DNA of 59,643 bases, counting the filler. It is 3 parts of 3 records of this genome, joined end to end, with 100 filler letters (N's around TTAATTAATTAA, not from the genome) between each part and the next. Parts side by side here need not be neighbours in the genome. Positions count along the whole stretch, not along the records: positions 1 to 27,934 come from SRR31156797_14875; 2 more parts are not named here. The stretch is one strand, 5' to 3'. This document shows positions 7,851 to 17,158 of this stretch, piece after piece. Position 1 is the first letter of the stretch; the number at the start of each line of letters is the position of its first letter. The position numbers and the translations under genes are program-made. The notes under the pieces were generated by a model. That model saw only the letters and a list, made by a program, of their open reading frames with translations, had not been told where the DNA came from and did no database searches.

Positions 7851-10724
7851 TTATGCTGTGGTTTCATCGATCATGTCGAATCCCGAACAGGTACAGAACA
7901 GGTTTCTGTCCCCCCAGGCATCATCAATTTTGGTTACCGGGGGCCAGTACTTATCAGCTTTACTACACTCAAGCGGGAAGGCGGCTTTTGTTCTTGTGTA
8001 AGGCCTGTCCCAGTCTTCGCTGCTGATCATACAAACAGTATGTGGAGCATTTTTCACCACGTTGTTATTTTTGTCGTACTTTCCTTCCACAATCTCATCA
8101 ATCTCCTTCCTGATATTGATCATGGCATCCACAAAGCGTTTCAGTTCTGTTAAAGGTTCACTTTCAGTAGGCTCAACCATGAGCGTTCCATGAACAGGGA
8201 ATGCTACGGTTGGTGCATGGAAACCATAATCCATTAGGCGCTTTGCGATGTCAATTACATTCACATTGGCCAACTTACTGAACTCATTGCAGTCGAGGAT
8301 GAATTCATGAGCCACGCGGTTATTCTTGCCTGTAAACAAAATTTTATAATGATCCTGGAGTGCATTCTTAAGATAGTTTGCACCCAGGATTGCCATTTTG
8401 GTCGCTTCAGTAAGTCCGTTTCCTCCAAGTAGTTTGATGTAGCCGTAGGATATCGGGAGAACAAGTGAACTGCCGAACGGGGCAGATGAAATTGCTGAGA
8501 TGGCTTTATCTCCACCAGTTTTTATGTAGGTGTTTCCGGGTAAAAATGGCGCCAGGTGTTTTGCTACACCGATTGGTCCAACACCAGGTCCGCCACCACC
8601 ATGAGGGATGGCAAAGGTTTTGTGAAGGTTCAAATGGCAAACGTCGGCACCAATCAATCCGGGATTGGTAAGGCCCACCTGTGCATTCATGTTGGCGCCA
8701 TCCATATAAACCTGTCCACCATTGTTGTGGATAATCTGAATGATATCAATCACATCCTGCTCAAATACACCATGGGTAGAAGGGTAGGTTATCATGAGTG
8801 CTGCAAGGCTGTCGGTGTATTTTTCTGCTTTGGCGCGGAGGTCATCAATATCTACGTTACCACGGTCGTCTGATTTTACCACGACCACTTTCATGCCTGC
8901 CATTACAGAACTTGCAGGATTTGTGCCATGTGCTGATGATGGGATTAGGCAAATATTACGATGTCCCTGCCCGATACTGTCGAGGTATTCACGAATCACC
9001 ATCAGGCCGGTATATTCGCCGGAAGCTCCTGAATTGGGCTGGAACGACATGCCTGCAAAACCTGTGATCTCGCAGAGATCTTTTTCCAGGTTGTTGATCA
9101 ATTCCGTGTAGCCTTCAGCCTGTTCAACCGGAACAAAAGGGTGAATATTACCAAATTCAGGCCATGACAACGAGAATAATTCAGCAGCTGCATTGAGTTT
9201 CATGGTGCAGGAGCCCAGTGGAATCATTGTTCTGTTCAAGGCCAGGTCGCGGTTTTCGAGCTTTTTCATATACCGCATAATCTCTGTTTCAGAGTGGTAG
9301 GTATTGAAAACCTCATCCTGGAGATACTTTGATGAACGAATAAACTCTTTTGGGATAATGCTTTCTTGCGAAAGTTTAGCCTCGAAATGATCTTTACCGG
9401 CCGCATTTGCCAGCACTTCCAGGATATCATTTACATCCTTCAGGCTGGTGGTTTGATCCAGGCTGATCCCAACAGAATCATCGGTGTATCGCAGGTTAAT
9501 CTGTACGGCTTCGGCAAGTTGTTTAATAATGCTTGTTTCAACTTGTCCTTGCGTAGAAATCCATAAAGTATCGAAATAGGCAGCGTTTTCAACTTGGTAA
9601 CCCAACTCTTCCACACCTTTTGCTAATGCTACGGTTAATTGATGAATATCCTCAGCAATAGCCTTTAGTCCATTAGGTCCGTGGTATACGGCAAACATAC
9701 CAGCCATGGTTGCCAGCAGTGCCTGTGCAGTGCAGATGTTTGATGTTGCACGTTCGCGCTTGATATGTTGTTCACGGGTTTGCAATGCCATGCGCAATGC
9801 ACTATCGCCTGCGGTATCTTTGGATATTCCAATAATTCTTCCCGGGAGGTTTCGTTTGAAATTTTCGGTGGTGGCAAAATAGGCTGCATGTGGGCCGCCA
9901 TATCCCATGGGTACGCCAAAACGCTGTGAGCTTCCCAGAGCAATATCAGCGCCCCAATCTCCCGGAGGTGTAAGCATTGTTAAACTGAGCAGGTCGGCTG
10001 CTACAGCAACAACAACTCCTGCATTTTTAGCGCTCTCGGTAAATTTCCTGTAATCATGAATTTCACCTCGTTCATCGGGGTATTGCACGATGGCGCCAAA
10101 AAAATCATCTCCAAATTCGATGGATTTGTGATCACCAATTAAGATTTCAATTCCCAGGGGTACAGCACGTGTTTTAATCACATCAATGGTTTGCGGAAAC
10201 AATCTTTCGGAAACAAAAAACTTATTGATTCCGGCTTTAACAGCAGCCCTTGGCCTGGCATTATGTGCCATGATCATGGCTTCGGCGGCTGCAGTACCTT
10301 CATCCAACAGGGATGCATTTGCCATCGGCAGTCCGGTAAGGTCTGATACCACGGTCTGGAAATTCAATAGTGCCTCAAGCCGGCCCTGTGAAATCTCTGC
10401 CTGGTAGGGCGTATATGAAGTGTACCACCCCGGATTTTCCAGAATGTTACGCTGTATCGCACCCGGTAATATGGTATTGTAATACCCAAGCCCGATGAAA
10501 GTTTTGAACAGTTTATTTTTTCCGGCAATTTCACGCAGATGGGTGATATACTCATACTCATTTATGCCATCCGGTAGGTTTAAAGGTTTTTCCATCCTGA
10601 TGGCTTTTGGCAGGGTTTCATCTATGAGTTGATCAAGGTCTTCAACACCAGCCATTTGCAGCATTTCTGGTAAGTCCTTTTCATTTGGTCCGTTGTGCCT
10701 TCTTGTAAAATTATTTGTAAGCAT
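7851..10724 (-). CDS. gcvP: Glycine dehydrogenase (decarboxylating), glycine cleavage P protein
   Basis: YTPYQAEISQGRLE, RERATSNICTAQAL, PLGSCTMKLN and PLP-lysine motif HLNLHKTF. Confidence 0.98.
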   Translation of the reverse strand: MLTNNFTRRHNGPNEKDLPEMLQMAGVEDLDQLIDETLPKAIRMEKPLNLPDGINEYEYITHLREIAGKNKLFKTFIGLGYYNTILPGAIQRNILENPGWYTSYTPYQAEISQGRLEALLNFQTVVSDLTGLPMANASLLDEGTAAAEAMIMAHNARPRAAVKAGINKFFVSERLFPQTIDVIKTRAVPLGIEILIGDHKSIEFGDDFFGAIVQYPDERGEIHDYRKFTESAKNAGVVVAVAADLLSLTMLTPPGDWGADIALGSSQRFGVPMGYGGPHAAYFATTENFKRNLPGRIIGISKDTAGDSALRMALQTREQHIKRERATSNICTAQALLATMAGMFAVYHGPNGLKAIAEDIHQLTVALAKGVEELGYQVENAAYFDTLWISTQGQVETSIIKQLAEAVQINLRYTDDSVGISLDQTTSLKDVNDILEVLANAAGKDHFEAKLSQESIIPKEFIRSSKYLQDEVFNTYHSETEIMRYMKKLENRDLALNRTMIPLGSCTMKLNAAAELFSLSWPEFGNIHPFVPVEQAEGYTELINNLEKDLCEITGFAGMSFQPNSGASGEYTGLMVIREYLDSIGQGHRNICLIPSSAHGTNPASSVMAGMKVVVVKSDDRGNVDIDDLRAKAEKYTDSLAALMITYPSTHGVFEQDVIDIIQIIHNNGGQVYMDGANMNAQVGLTNPGLIGADVCHLNLHKTFAIPHGGGGPGVGPIGVAKHLAPFLPGNTYIKTGGDKAISAISSAPFGSSLVLPISYGYIKLLGGNGLTEATKMAILGANYLKNALQDHYKILFTGKNNRVAHEFILDCNEFSKLANVNVIDIAKRLMDYGFHAPTVAFPVHGTLMVEPTESEPLTELKRFVDAMINIRKEIDEIVEGKYDKNNNVVKNAPHTVCMISSEDWDRPYTRTKAAFPLECSKADKYWPPVTKIDDAWGDRNLFCTCSGFDMIDETTA

Positions 10725-11009
10725 TGATGTGAAATCGATTAATGGTTAAAAACGCCTGATTCATTGAACGGGCAAAGGTAAATTTCTTTGAAAAATTTTA
10801 ATAGTGCTATTGTTAATTCGTTAACGCTATTTTTTAAATTTCTGTAATAACAAAGGTTTTAGTGGTTTGTTGTGAGAAATTGTGAGAGATACAGGAGGCT
10901 ACAGCTCTTGAAAGGTTTTGTTGGGGCGGGTGTAAATCTTAGGTATACACTGTTCAGACTTTTTCAATCAGATAAAAGAGGAATTCGGGATAACGGGATC
11001 AATAATCTG

Positions 11010-13988
11010 CTAACGTTTTGATTTTCCTTCATTCACTTTCATCACCACCCCAATTTTTTTCTTGCCATCAATTTTGATTACTACCGGATCGTTAAACCTG
11101 ATATGACGAATAAATTCGTCTTCGTACATTGCCACAAATCCTTTGAGGTAGTCCAAATCATAAAATCCCTCATCAATAAAAGGATTGATGGTAAAATAGC
11201 CCACTCTGAAAGAAGTAAGATTCTGGAAAAAATGTGTGCCCTGGCTGGGATCGATGTGATAGTTTTTTAATCCGGATTCAACAATGAGCCGGGCAGCGGA
11301 GATTTGTGGCCACTTAACCGGAATGCCAAGCCATGGATCTGTTGAGCCCCATCTTCCAGGTCCGACAAGGATATAGTTTTTGTCCTCTGCCAGGAACCGG
11401 TCGTTGATCAGGCCTACTTTTTCGGCAATTTCATTTGTTCTGGCCGAATCAAAACTATCAGGTTTAATATAAACAAAATCATAAATGTTTTTAATGATGC
11501 CGTTGCCCAGTGCATTATGGGCTGTTAGAATGGTCTTTTTGGCCGGGATTTTTTCAAGGTTTTCCTCGATGGTTTCATTGGTGTCAACAATAGGCCTGAT
11601 TTGTAAAAGGTTGAAGATTGTTGGCTGCTCTTTAGTATCGTTCAGGTCAACGGCAAATTCAATTTCTATTCCGCGGTTCATTTCCAGCTGCCCAATTTCC
11701 AGCACAGTTTTAAGGATATCTGCAAGTGGAAACACTTCGTGTTTAAGGATATGGGCAAAAGTGATTAAACGTTTCCCGGTGTAGTTTATGCCATCCCGCA
11801 AAATGTTGTTCTGGTAATCATATGTTGATGCGGCCCATTTTAATGATTTGTCCTTATCGGCTTCATTTATTCTGAGTTGAAGCAGGTTAATGGCATCATC
11901 GGTACATGCTTTAAAACTTTCGGCTTTAAGATCGAGGGCGTAAAACTGACGCTGGGTTTCGGTAAGTGCCATTTCAGCAGAAGCCATCTGTAAAACTTTT
12001 TTCGGATATTTGGGTGAAAAGCGCAGGGTATTGCCGCCATCAACAATGTATTTTCCCAGGCCAAACGCAATATTGGCAATGCCATCCTCTGGCTGCTCAG
12101 GCTCAATGGGATAAAAATTTACCGAACGCGCCACCCCTGACAGGGTCGGGTAGAACCTGTCATTGTATTTTTTACCACACACCTCCTGAAGTACGATGCC
12201 CATTTTTTCTTCATCGATCACGTTCAGTGTGGCCGACATGTAATCTTTACTGTCTTTGTAAAAAGCGGAAGCATAAACACTTTTGATGGCCATACTCAGC
12301 TTTTCTATCATCAGCCTCTCATCATCCGGAATATTGGGGATCATGTATGTTGAATAAATCCCGGCAAATGGCTGATAGTGCGAATCCTCGAGCAGGCTTG
12401 AGGAGCGAATTGCGATGGGATTTCGGGTTACCGAAATGAAGGTATACAGGTCCTCATGAATCCGGAACGGAAGCCTGGCAGAAACAAAAGCATCCAGGAT
12501 CTCTTTGTCGGAGCTGTTCGACAGCGCGATGTCATATAAATGGTTTTCTTCCATGAATTCATCAAAAATATCAGTGCCTAAAACCACGGTCCTGGGAATG
12601 CTGATGATGATGTTTTCGTAGCGGTCGATAAGGTGATTTCGCTTGATCATGGAGTCCAAAAACGCCAGCCCGCGAGCTTTTCCGCCAATGCTGCCTTCAC
12701 CAATCCGTGTAAATGTCAGGTATTCGTCAAACTGATCACGATGAAATTCGGCAATTACGCCGCGCCCCTTATACATCCTGAATTTGGCCATGGCATCATA
12801 CAGGTAGCGCCTGATCTCATCCAGGTCGTTAAAATCCTCAAGCTGAAACTGTTTGAATAAATCTGCCAACGGAAAAAGCGCCCTGGCCCTGAGCCATTTT
12901 GAGATGTGATGCCTGCTGATGTGGTATAAAAACGACTCATCCGGTATATCGAAAAGCAATTCCTGAAGGTGCTTTAAATCACGTGCCCGTAAAACCTCCT
13001 GGTTTGTTTTTGGGTCTTCAAACACAAAATCTCCAAATGCAAAATACTGAGTGATGAACCGGCGGAGTTGTAGCGAAAGCGTTTTGGAGTTTTTATTGAT
13101 AAATCCGACTTTTATCTCTTTGGCTATCTCCTTCACACCGTCATCGGATGACTGAAGCAAAATGGGCATGTACTTGTCTTTGTCCTTTACCATTTTACAA
13201 AAGTGCAATCCGGCTTTTTTGTCATGAATGCCGTTTCGCATATAACTCATATCGGAGATGATGCCGAGCAGGTTATTTTTGTACTGGTGATAAAACTCCT
13301 CGGCTTCTTCATAAGTCGTGGCCAGAAGGATTTTAGGCCTGCCGCGCATCCGCAACATTTTCTGGTGTTCATTCAGGCCCTCAGTCATAAACATCTTCGA
13401 TTGCTTAAAGATGATTTTATAAATGTTTGGAAGATACGACGAATAAAACCTTACCGAATCCTCAACTAAGATTATCACCTGCACGCCCACATTCATAACA
13501 TCATCCTGAACATTCATTTTGTCCTCAATCAATTTGATAATGGCCAGCAGAATGTCTGCATTTCCGAGCCAGCTAAATACGTAGTCCAGCTCTTTGAGTT
13601 TTCCGGAATCAAGTTTGAGGGATATTTCACGTGAGAATGGAGTAAGCAAAACCACCGGGATATCTTCATGAGTCTCTTTAATATCCGTAAAAGTTTCCTC
13701 CTCAAATGCACTGAGCATGAAAATGACCAGGTCGATGTTTTCTTCCTCAAGCATTTTAATGGCTTCATCTTTTGAGTTGGCCTGGATAAACTGAGGCGGG
13801 TAGCGAAGATTCAACGAAACATATTCGTTAAAGATCTGCTCATCAATACGCCCGTCGTCCTCAAGAATAAAAGCGTCATACTGGCTGGCAATGAGTAATA
13901 CGTGGTAGATACGCTTCTTCATTAAGGTATTGAAAGCCGTATCGTTGAAAACATATTTGCGGGAAAGTACTGAGTTTTGGTCTTCCAT
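11010..13988 (-). CDS. Receiver-domain / PEP-synthase N-terminal (PPDK_N) fusion protein
   Basis: IGGKARGL, AIRSSSLLEDS..QPFAGIY, GLGKYIVDG and LQIRP ATP-grasp motifs; N-terminal REC-like segments (IILVEDS..IISD); no pyruvate-binding barrel recognised. Confidence 0.85.
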   Translation of the reverse strand: MEDQNSVLSRKYVFNDTAFNTLMKKRIYHVLLIASQYDAFILEDDGRIDEQIFNEYVSLNLRYPPQFIQANSKDEAIKMLEEENIDLVIFMLSAFEEETFTDIKETHEDIPVVLLTPFSREISLKLDSGKLKELDYVFSWLGNADILLAIIKLIEDKMNVQDDVMNVGVQVIILVEDSVRFYSSYLPNIYKIIFKQSKMFMTEGLNEHQKMLRMRGRPKILLATTYEEAEEFYHQYKNNLLGIISDMSYMRNGIHDKKAGLHFCKMVKDKDKYMPILLQSSDDGVKEIAKEIKVGFINKNSKTLSLQLRRFITQYFAFGDFVFEDPKTNQEVLRARDLKHLQELLFDIPDESFLYHISRHHISKWLRARALFPLADLFKQFQLEDFNDLDEIRRYLYDAMAKFRMYKGRGVIAEFHRDQFDEYLTFTRIGEGSIGGKARGLAFLDSMIKRNHLIDRYENIIISIPRTVVLGTDIFDEFMEENHLYDIALSNSSDKEILDAFVSARLPFRIHEDLYTFISVTRNPIAIRSSSLLEDSHYQPFAGIYSTYMIPNIPDDERLMIEKLSMAIKSVYASAFYKDSKDYMSATLNVIDEEKMGIVLQEVCGKKYNDRFYPTLSGVARSVNFYPIEPEQPEDGIANIAFGLGKYIVDGGNTLRFSPKYPKKVLQMASAEMALTETQRQFYALDLKAESFKACTDDAINLLQLRINEADKDKSLKWAASTYDYQNNILRDGINYTGKRLITFAHILKHEVFPLADILKTVLEIGQLEMNRGIEIEFAVDLNDTKEQPTIFNLLQIRPIVDTNETIEENLEKIPAKKTILTAHNALGNGIIKNIYDFVYIKPDSFDSARTNEIAEKVGLINDRFLAEDKNYILVGPGRWGSTDPWLGIPVKWPQISAARLIVESGLKNYHIDPSQGTHFFQNLTSFRVGYFTINPFIDEGFYDLDYLKGFVAMYEDEFIRHIRFNDPVVIKIDGKKKIGVVMKVNEGKSKR

Positions 13989-14179
13989 GGGCGAAATGAA
14001 ATTTCAGGCAAAAGTAATCAATGTATCTGTTTCAAATTGTAATTCACCTTTAATTAGAAACAATTTCAAGACCTGGATAATCCCTTGTTTATAACCGATG
14101 GATAATTGCTGTTGGATGATATTTGAGAAAAGTATATTTTTGATGTTATAATGTAGCTCACAGTTAAAAACTATTGTTG

Positions 14180-17125
14180 ATGTCCCTGCCGTTTAGTGAT
14201 TTAATTTTACATGCCGGAAGAGAAGCCATTTTCATCGTAAAGGATGGTATGATTTGTTCCTGTAATCCATTTGCTGAGCAACTTTTTAGTTGTACTGCCG
14301 ATGGAATAACCAACACCGCTGTTAAGGATTTATTCAGTTCGGATGAACAAGAAAAATTCGACATATTTTTCAAGGATAAAGTCAGGCAGCAAATTGAAAC
14401 CATGGCCATAAAACAGGATGGTGAAACGTTTGATGCCGAGGTTTTCATCAATCAATCCAGGTTTGAAGGGGGTGATTATTTTACGGTTACAGTGCGGGAT
14501 ATTTCCGGATTTAAAAAGTCGCAACATGATTTGTTAACCAGGGATGTTTTGCTTGAATCGATAAGTGTTACAGCAGCAAAATTTCTTGAATCCAAAAACT
14601 GGCGCAACGAAATACAGGATGTGTTGCATAATTTGGGCAGGGCTGCCAGGGTAAGCAGGGTTTATATTTTTCAGAATTTCGAGGACGAGGCCGGCAAAAT
14701 TTATATGACACAACAGTATGAATGGGCTGCAGATAAAATATCACCGGAAATCGATAACCCGGTGCTGGAAAGATTGTATTATCACGAGAATGGCCTGGGA
14801 AGGTTGTTTGATACTCTGTCGGCAGGAAACGTTTTTCAGGGTCTTGTTAAATCATTACCTGCACAGGAACGGTTGGTGCTTGAAGCACAGCATATTATTT
14901 CCATTTTTATTACCCCAATATTTCAAAATGGCAAATGGTGGGGGTTTATCGGGTTTGATGAATGCACCTATGAAAGACACTGGACCCCTAACGAATCAAA
15001 ATTGCTGAATACCGCAGCCGGTATTTTTACTTCGGCACTCGACCGCGAGAGCATGGAGGCCGAAATCACAAGAATTAATGAGAACTTCAAAACCCTTTTC
15101 CACAATTCGCCGGATGCGATATTTGTATATGATCTCAATGGCCATATTTTAGATGTAAACAAAGCGGCCTGTGAATTAAATGGTATTCCGCATGCTGAGT
15201 TTATTGGTAAACATGTGTCAGACCTTGTGCCCGAAAATATTAAGGCAAAGGTTAGCAAGGAGTTTGAAGGATGGGTTTCGGGGAAATTTAAAATTGTAGA
15301 ATCGGAGTCGTTGAATAGTAAGGGAGAATTGGTTCCGATTGAGATACGCGGTTCTTTGATCAAATATTTTGAAAAAGCAGCATTATTGCTGCTTGTAAGG
15401 GATGTCAGCGAGCGAAAGAAGTCGGAGGCCTTGTTGAAAAAGCGCATCGAATTCATCCGGTTTATAAGTGAGATATCTTCAGAATTTATCAAGATTGATC
15501 CAAACGATGTTGAAGCAGCCATGAATAAGGCGCTAAATTTTGTGTGCGATTTTACTTCCACACAACGGGGTTATGTTTTCCTGAATAATGAAACGGATAC
15601 CCATTTATCGCTAACAAACGAATTTTGTGTTCCAGGCCTTAAAACACACCAGGAGATTCTGGATTCCATTTCGTTCATCGACTTCGGAAACTTTATAACA
15701 ACACTGATGAATGGCGAATACATCATTTTGCATCACGACGAATTGGCCAAAGACGACGAATATGCCCGGATGGAGCAGGTTTTTGAAATGCTTCAAATAA
15801 AATCAGTGATAACCATTCCACTTGCTGTTGGTGATCACTTTATTGGGTTTATCGGGTTCGATTCCACCACGCACAAAACATCGTGGGACAAAGAAACCAT
15901 AAATGCTTTTTCGCTTACCGGACAGATTTTTGCCAATACCCTGAAAAGGAAAAAAACCGAAGATGATATTATTGAAGCCAAAAATAAGGCGGAACAGAGT
16001 GACCGGTTAAAAACTGCTTTCCTGGGGCAGATGTCTCACGAAATGCGTACGCCGCTCAACAGTATTATTGGGTTTGCCGATATGCTCGAACGGGATATCC
16101 TGCAAAAAGACCTCAAAGAAATGGCCGGGTTTATCATTCAGGGAGGAACGAGATTGCTTAAAACATTCAACCTTGTCATTGATATTTCTGAGATTGAAGC
16201 CAATGTTATGCAGGCCAAAATGCAGGAAGTGGAGTTAAATGATTTTATTCGCGGGATCATACCGTCACTGGCGAATTTTGCATACGAGAAGAATTTAAAT
16301 TTTAAATTTTTACCCGGAAATCTCAAAATTAACATCATTGCCGACGAAGGCATGTTCGAAAAAGTTATCCACAATTTGGTTGATAATGCCATCAAATACA
16401 CAAACAATGGAGAGATAAAGATTAAAACAGGAATAGAGGAGAAACAGGGTAAAGCCTGGGGTACAATTAAAATAATCGATACGGGTATTGGCATTCCTAA
16501 AGATAAGATAAAAGATATTTTTAACAGGTTCCGTCAGGCAAGTGAAGGCTACAATCGTGAATTTGAAGGTGTTGGGCTTGGGTTGAGCGTTACCAAAGGT
16601 ATGGTAGAACTGATGGATGGAAGGGTTGATGTTAAAAGCAACCCAGGAAAAGGTTCAGAATTTAAAGTGTGTATGCCACTGTCCGCTGCATCAGGCAAAA
16701 GTGGAAAAAAGGGCCGGGTTGCCTATTCCCTGCCGGAAAGCTCAAAGACTAAAATTTTGGTTGTTGAAGATGAAGTGGTACATCAGCGATATATCGATTA
16801 TATACTCAAGGGGCGGTTTTCGCTGAGCTTTGCAAACAACGCTGATACTGCCCTGAAACTGGTTGGAAAGGAAACCTTTGACCTGCTGATACTGGATATC
16901 AACCTTGGCCGGGAAATGAACGGAATGGAATTGATAAATGAAATACGGTCGGTAAAAGGCTACGAGAATATACCCGCAATTGCTGCAACGGCTAACGTAA
17001 TGAAAGGACATCGCGAATTATTTCTATCAAAAGGGTTTACACACTATTTGTCCAAGCCATATAAATCGGGTGATTTGTTAAATATGGTAGATGGCATCCT
17101 ATCAGGTAAGAAAATAAAAAGTTGA
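14180..17125 (+). CDS. Cytoplasmic hybrid histidine kinase (PAS-GAF-PAS-GAF-HisKA-HATPase-REC)
   Basis: H-box MSHEMRTPL, NLVDNAIKY, DTGIG, GVGLGL; REC VVEDE..LDINL; two GFIGFD GAF motifs. Confidence 0.92.
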   Translation: MSLPFSDLILHAGREAIFIVKDGMICSCNPFAEQLFSCTADGITNTAVKDLFSSDEQEKFDIFFKDKVRQQIETMAIKQDGETFDAEVFINQSRFEGGDYFTVTVRDISGFKKSQHDLLTRDVLLESISVTAAKFLESKNWRNEIQDVLHNLGRAARVSRVYIFQNFEDEAGKIYMTQQYEWAADKISPEIDNPVLERLYYHENGLGRLFDTLSAGNVFQGLVKSLPAQERLVLEAQHIISIFITPIFQNGKWWGFIGFDECTYERHWTPNESKLLNTAAGIFTSALDRESMEAEITRINENFKTLFHNSPDAIFVYDLNGHILDVNKAACELNGIPHAEFIGKHVSDLVPENIKAKVSKEFEGWVSGKFKIVESESLNSKGELVPIEIRGSLIKYFEKAALLLLVRDVSERKKSEALLKKRIEFIRFISEISSEFIKIDPNDVEAAMNKALNFVCDFTSTQRGYVFLNNETDTHLSLTNEFCVPGLKTHQEILDSISFIDFGNFITTLMNGEYIILHHDELAKDDEYARMEQVFEMLQIKSVITIPLAVGDHFIGFIGFDSTTHKTSWDKETINAFSLTGQIFANTLKRKKTEDDIIEAKNKAEQSDRLKTAFLGQMSHEMRTPLNSIIGFADMLERDILQKDLKEMAGFIIQGGTRLLKTFNLVIDISEIEANVMQAKMQEVELNDFIRGIIPSLANFAYEKNLNFKFLPGNLKINIIADEGMFEKVIHNLVDNAIKYTNNGEIKIKTGIEEKQGKAWGTIKIIDTGIGIPKDKIKDIFNRFRQASEGYNREFEGVGLGLSVTKGMVELMDGRVDVKSNPGKGSEFKVCMPLSAASGKSGKKGRVAYSLPESSKTKILVVEDEVVHQRYIDYILKGRFSLSFANNADTALKLVGKETFDLLILDINLGREMNGMELINEIRSVKGYENIPAIAATANVMKGHRELFLSKGFTHYLSKPYKSGDLLNMVDGILSGKKIKS

Positions 17126-17158
17126 TTAAAGTCGTAATATTTTTTAGAAATTTGCAGC

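Noticed and set aside
10725-11009. Possible glycine riboswitch upstream of gcvP
   Set aside because: No aptamer pattern recognised, and a TACCTTTG element at 10773-10780 leaves only a short leader. gcvP unlinked from gcvT/H is usual in Bacteroidetes.
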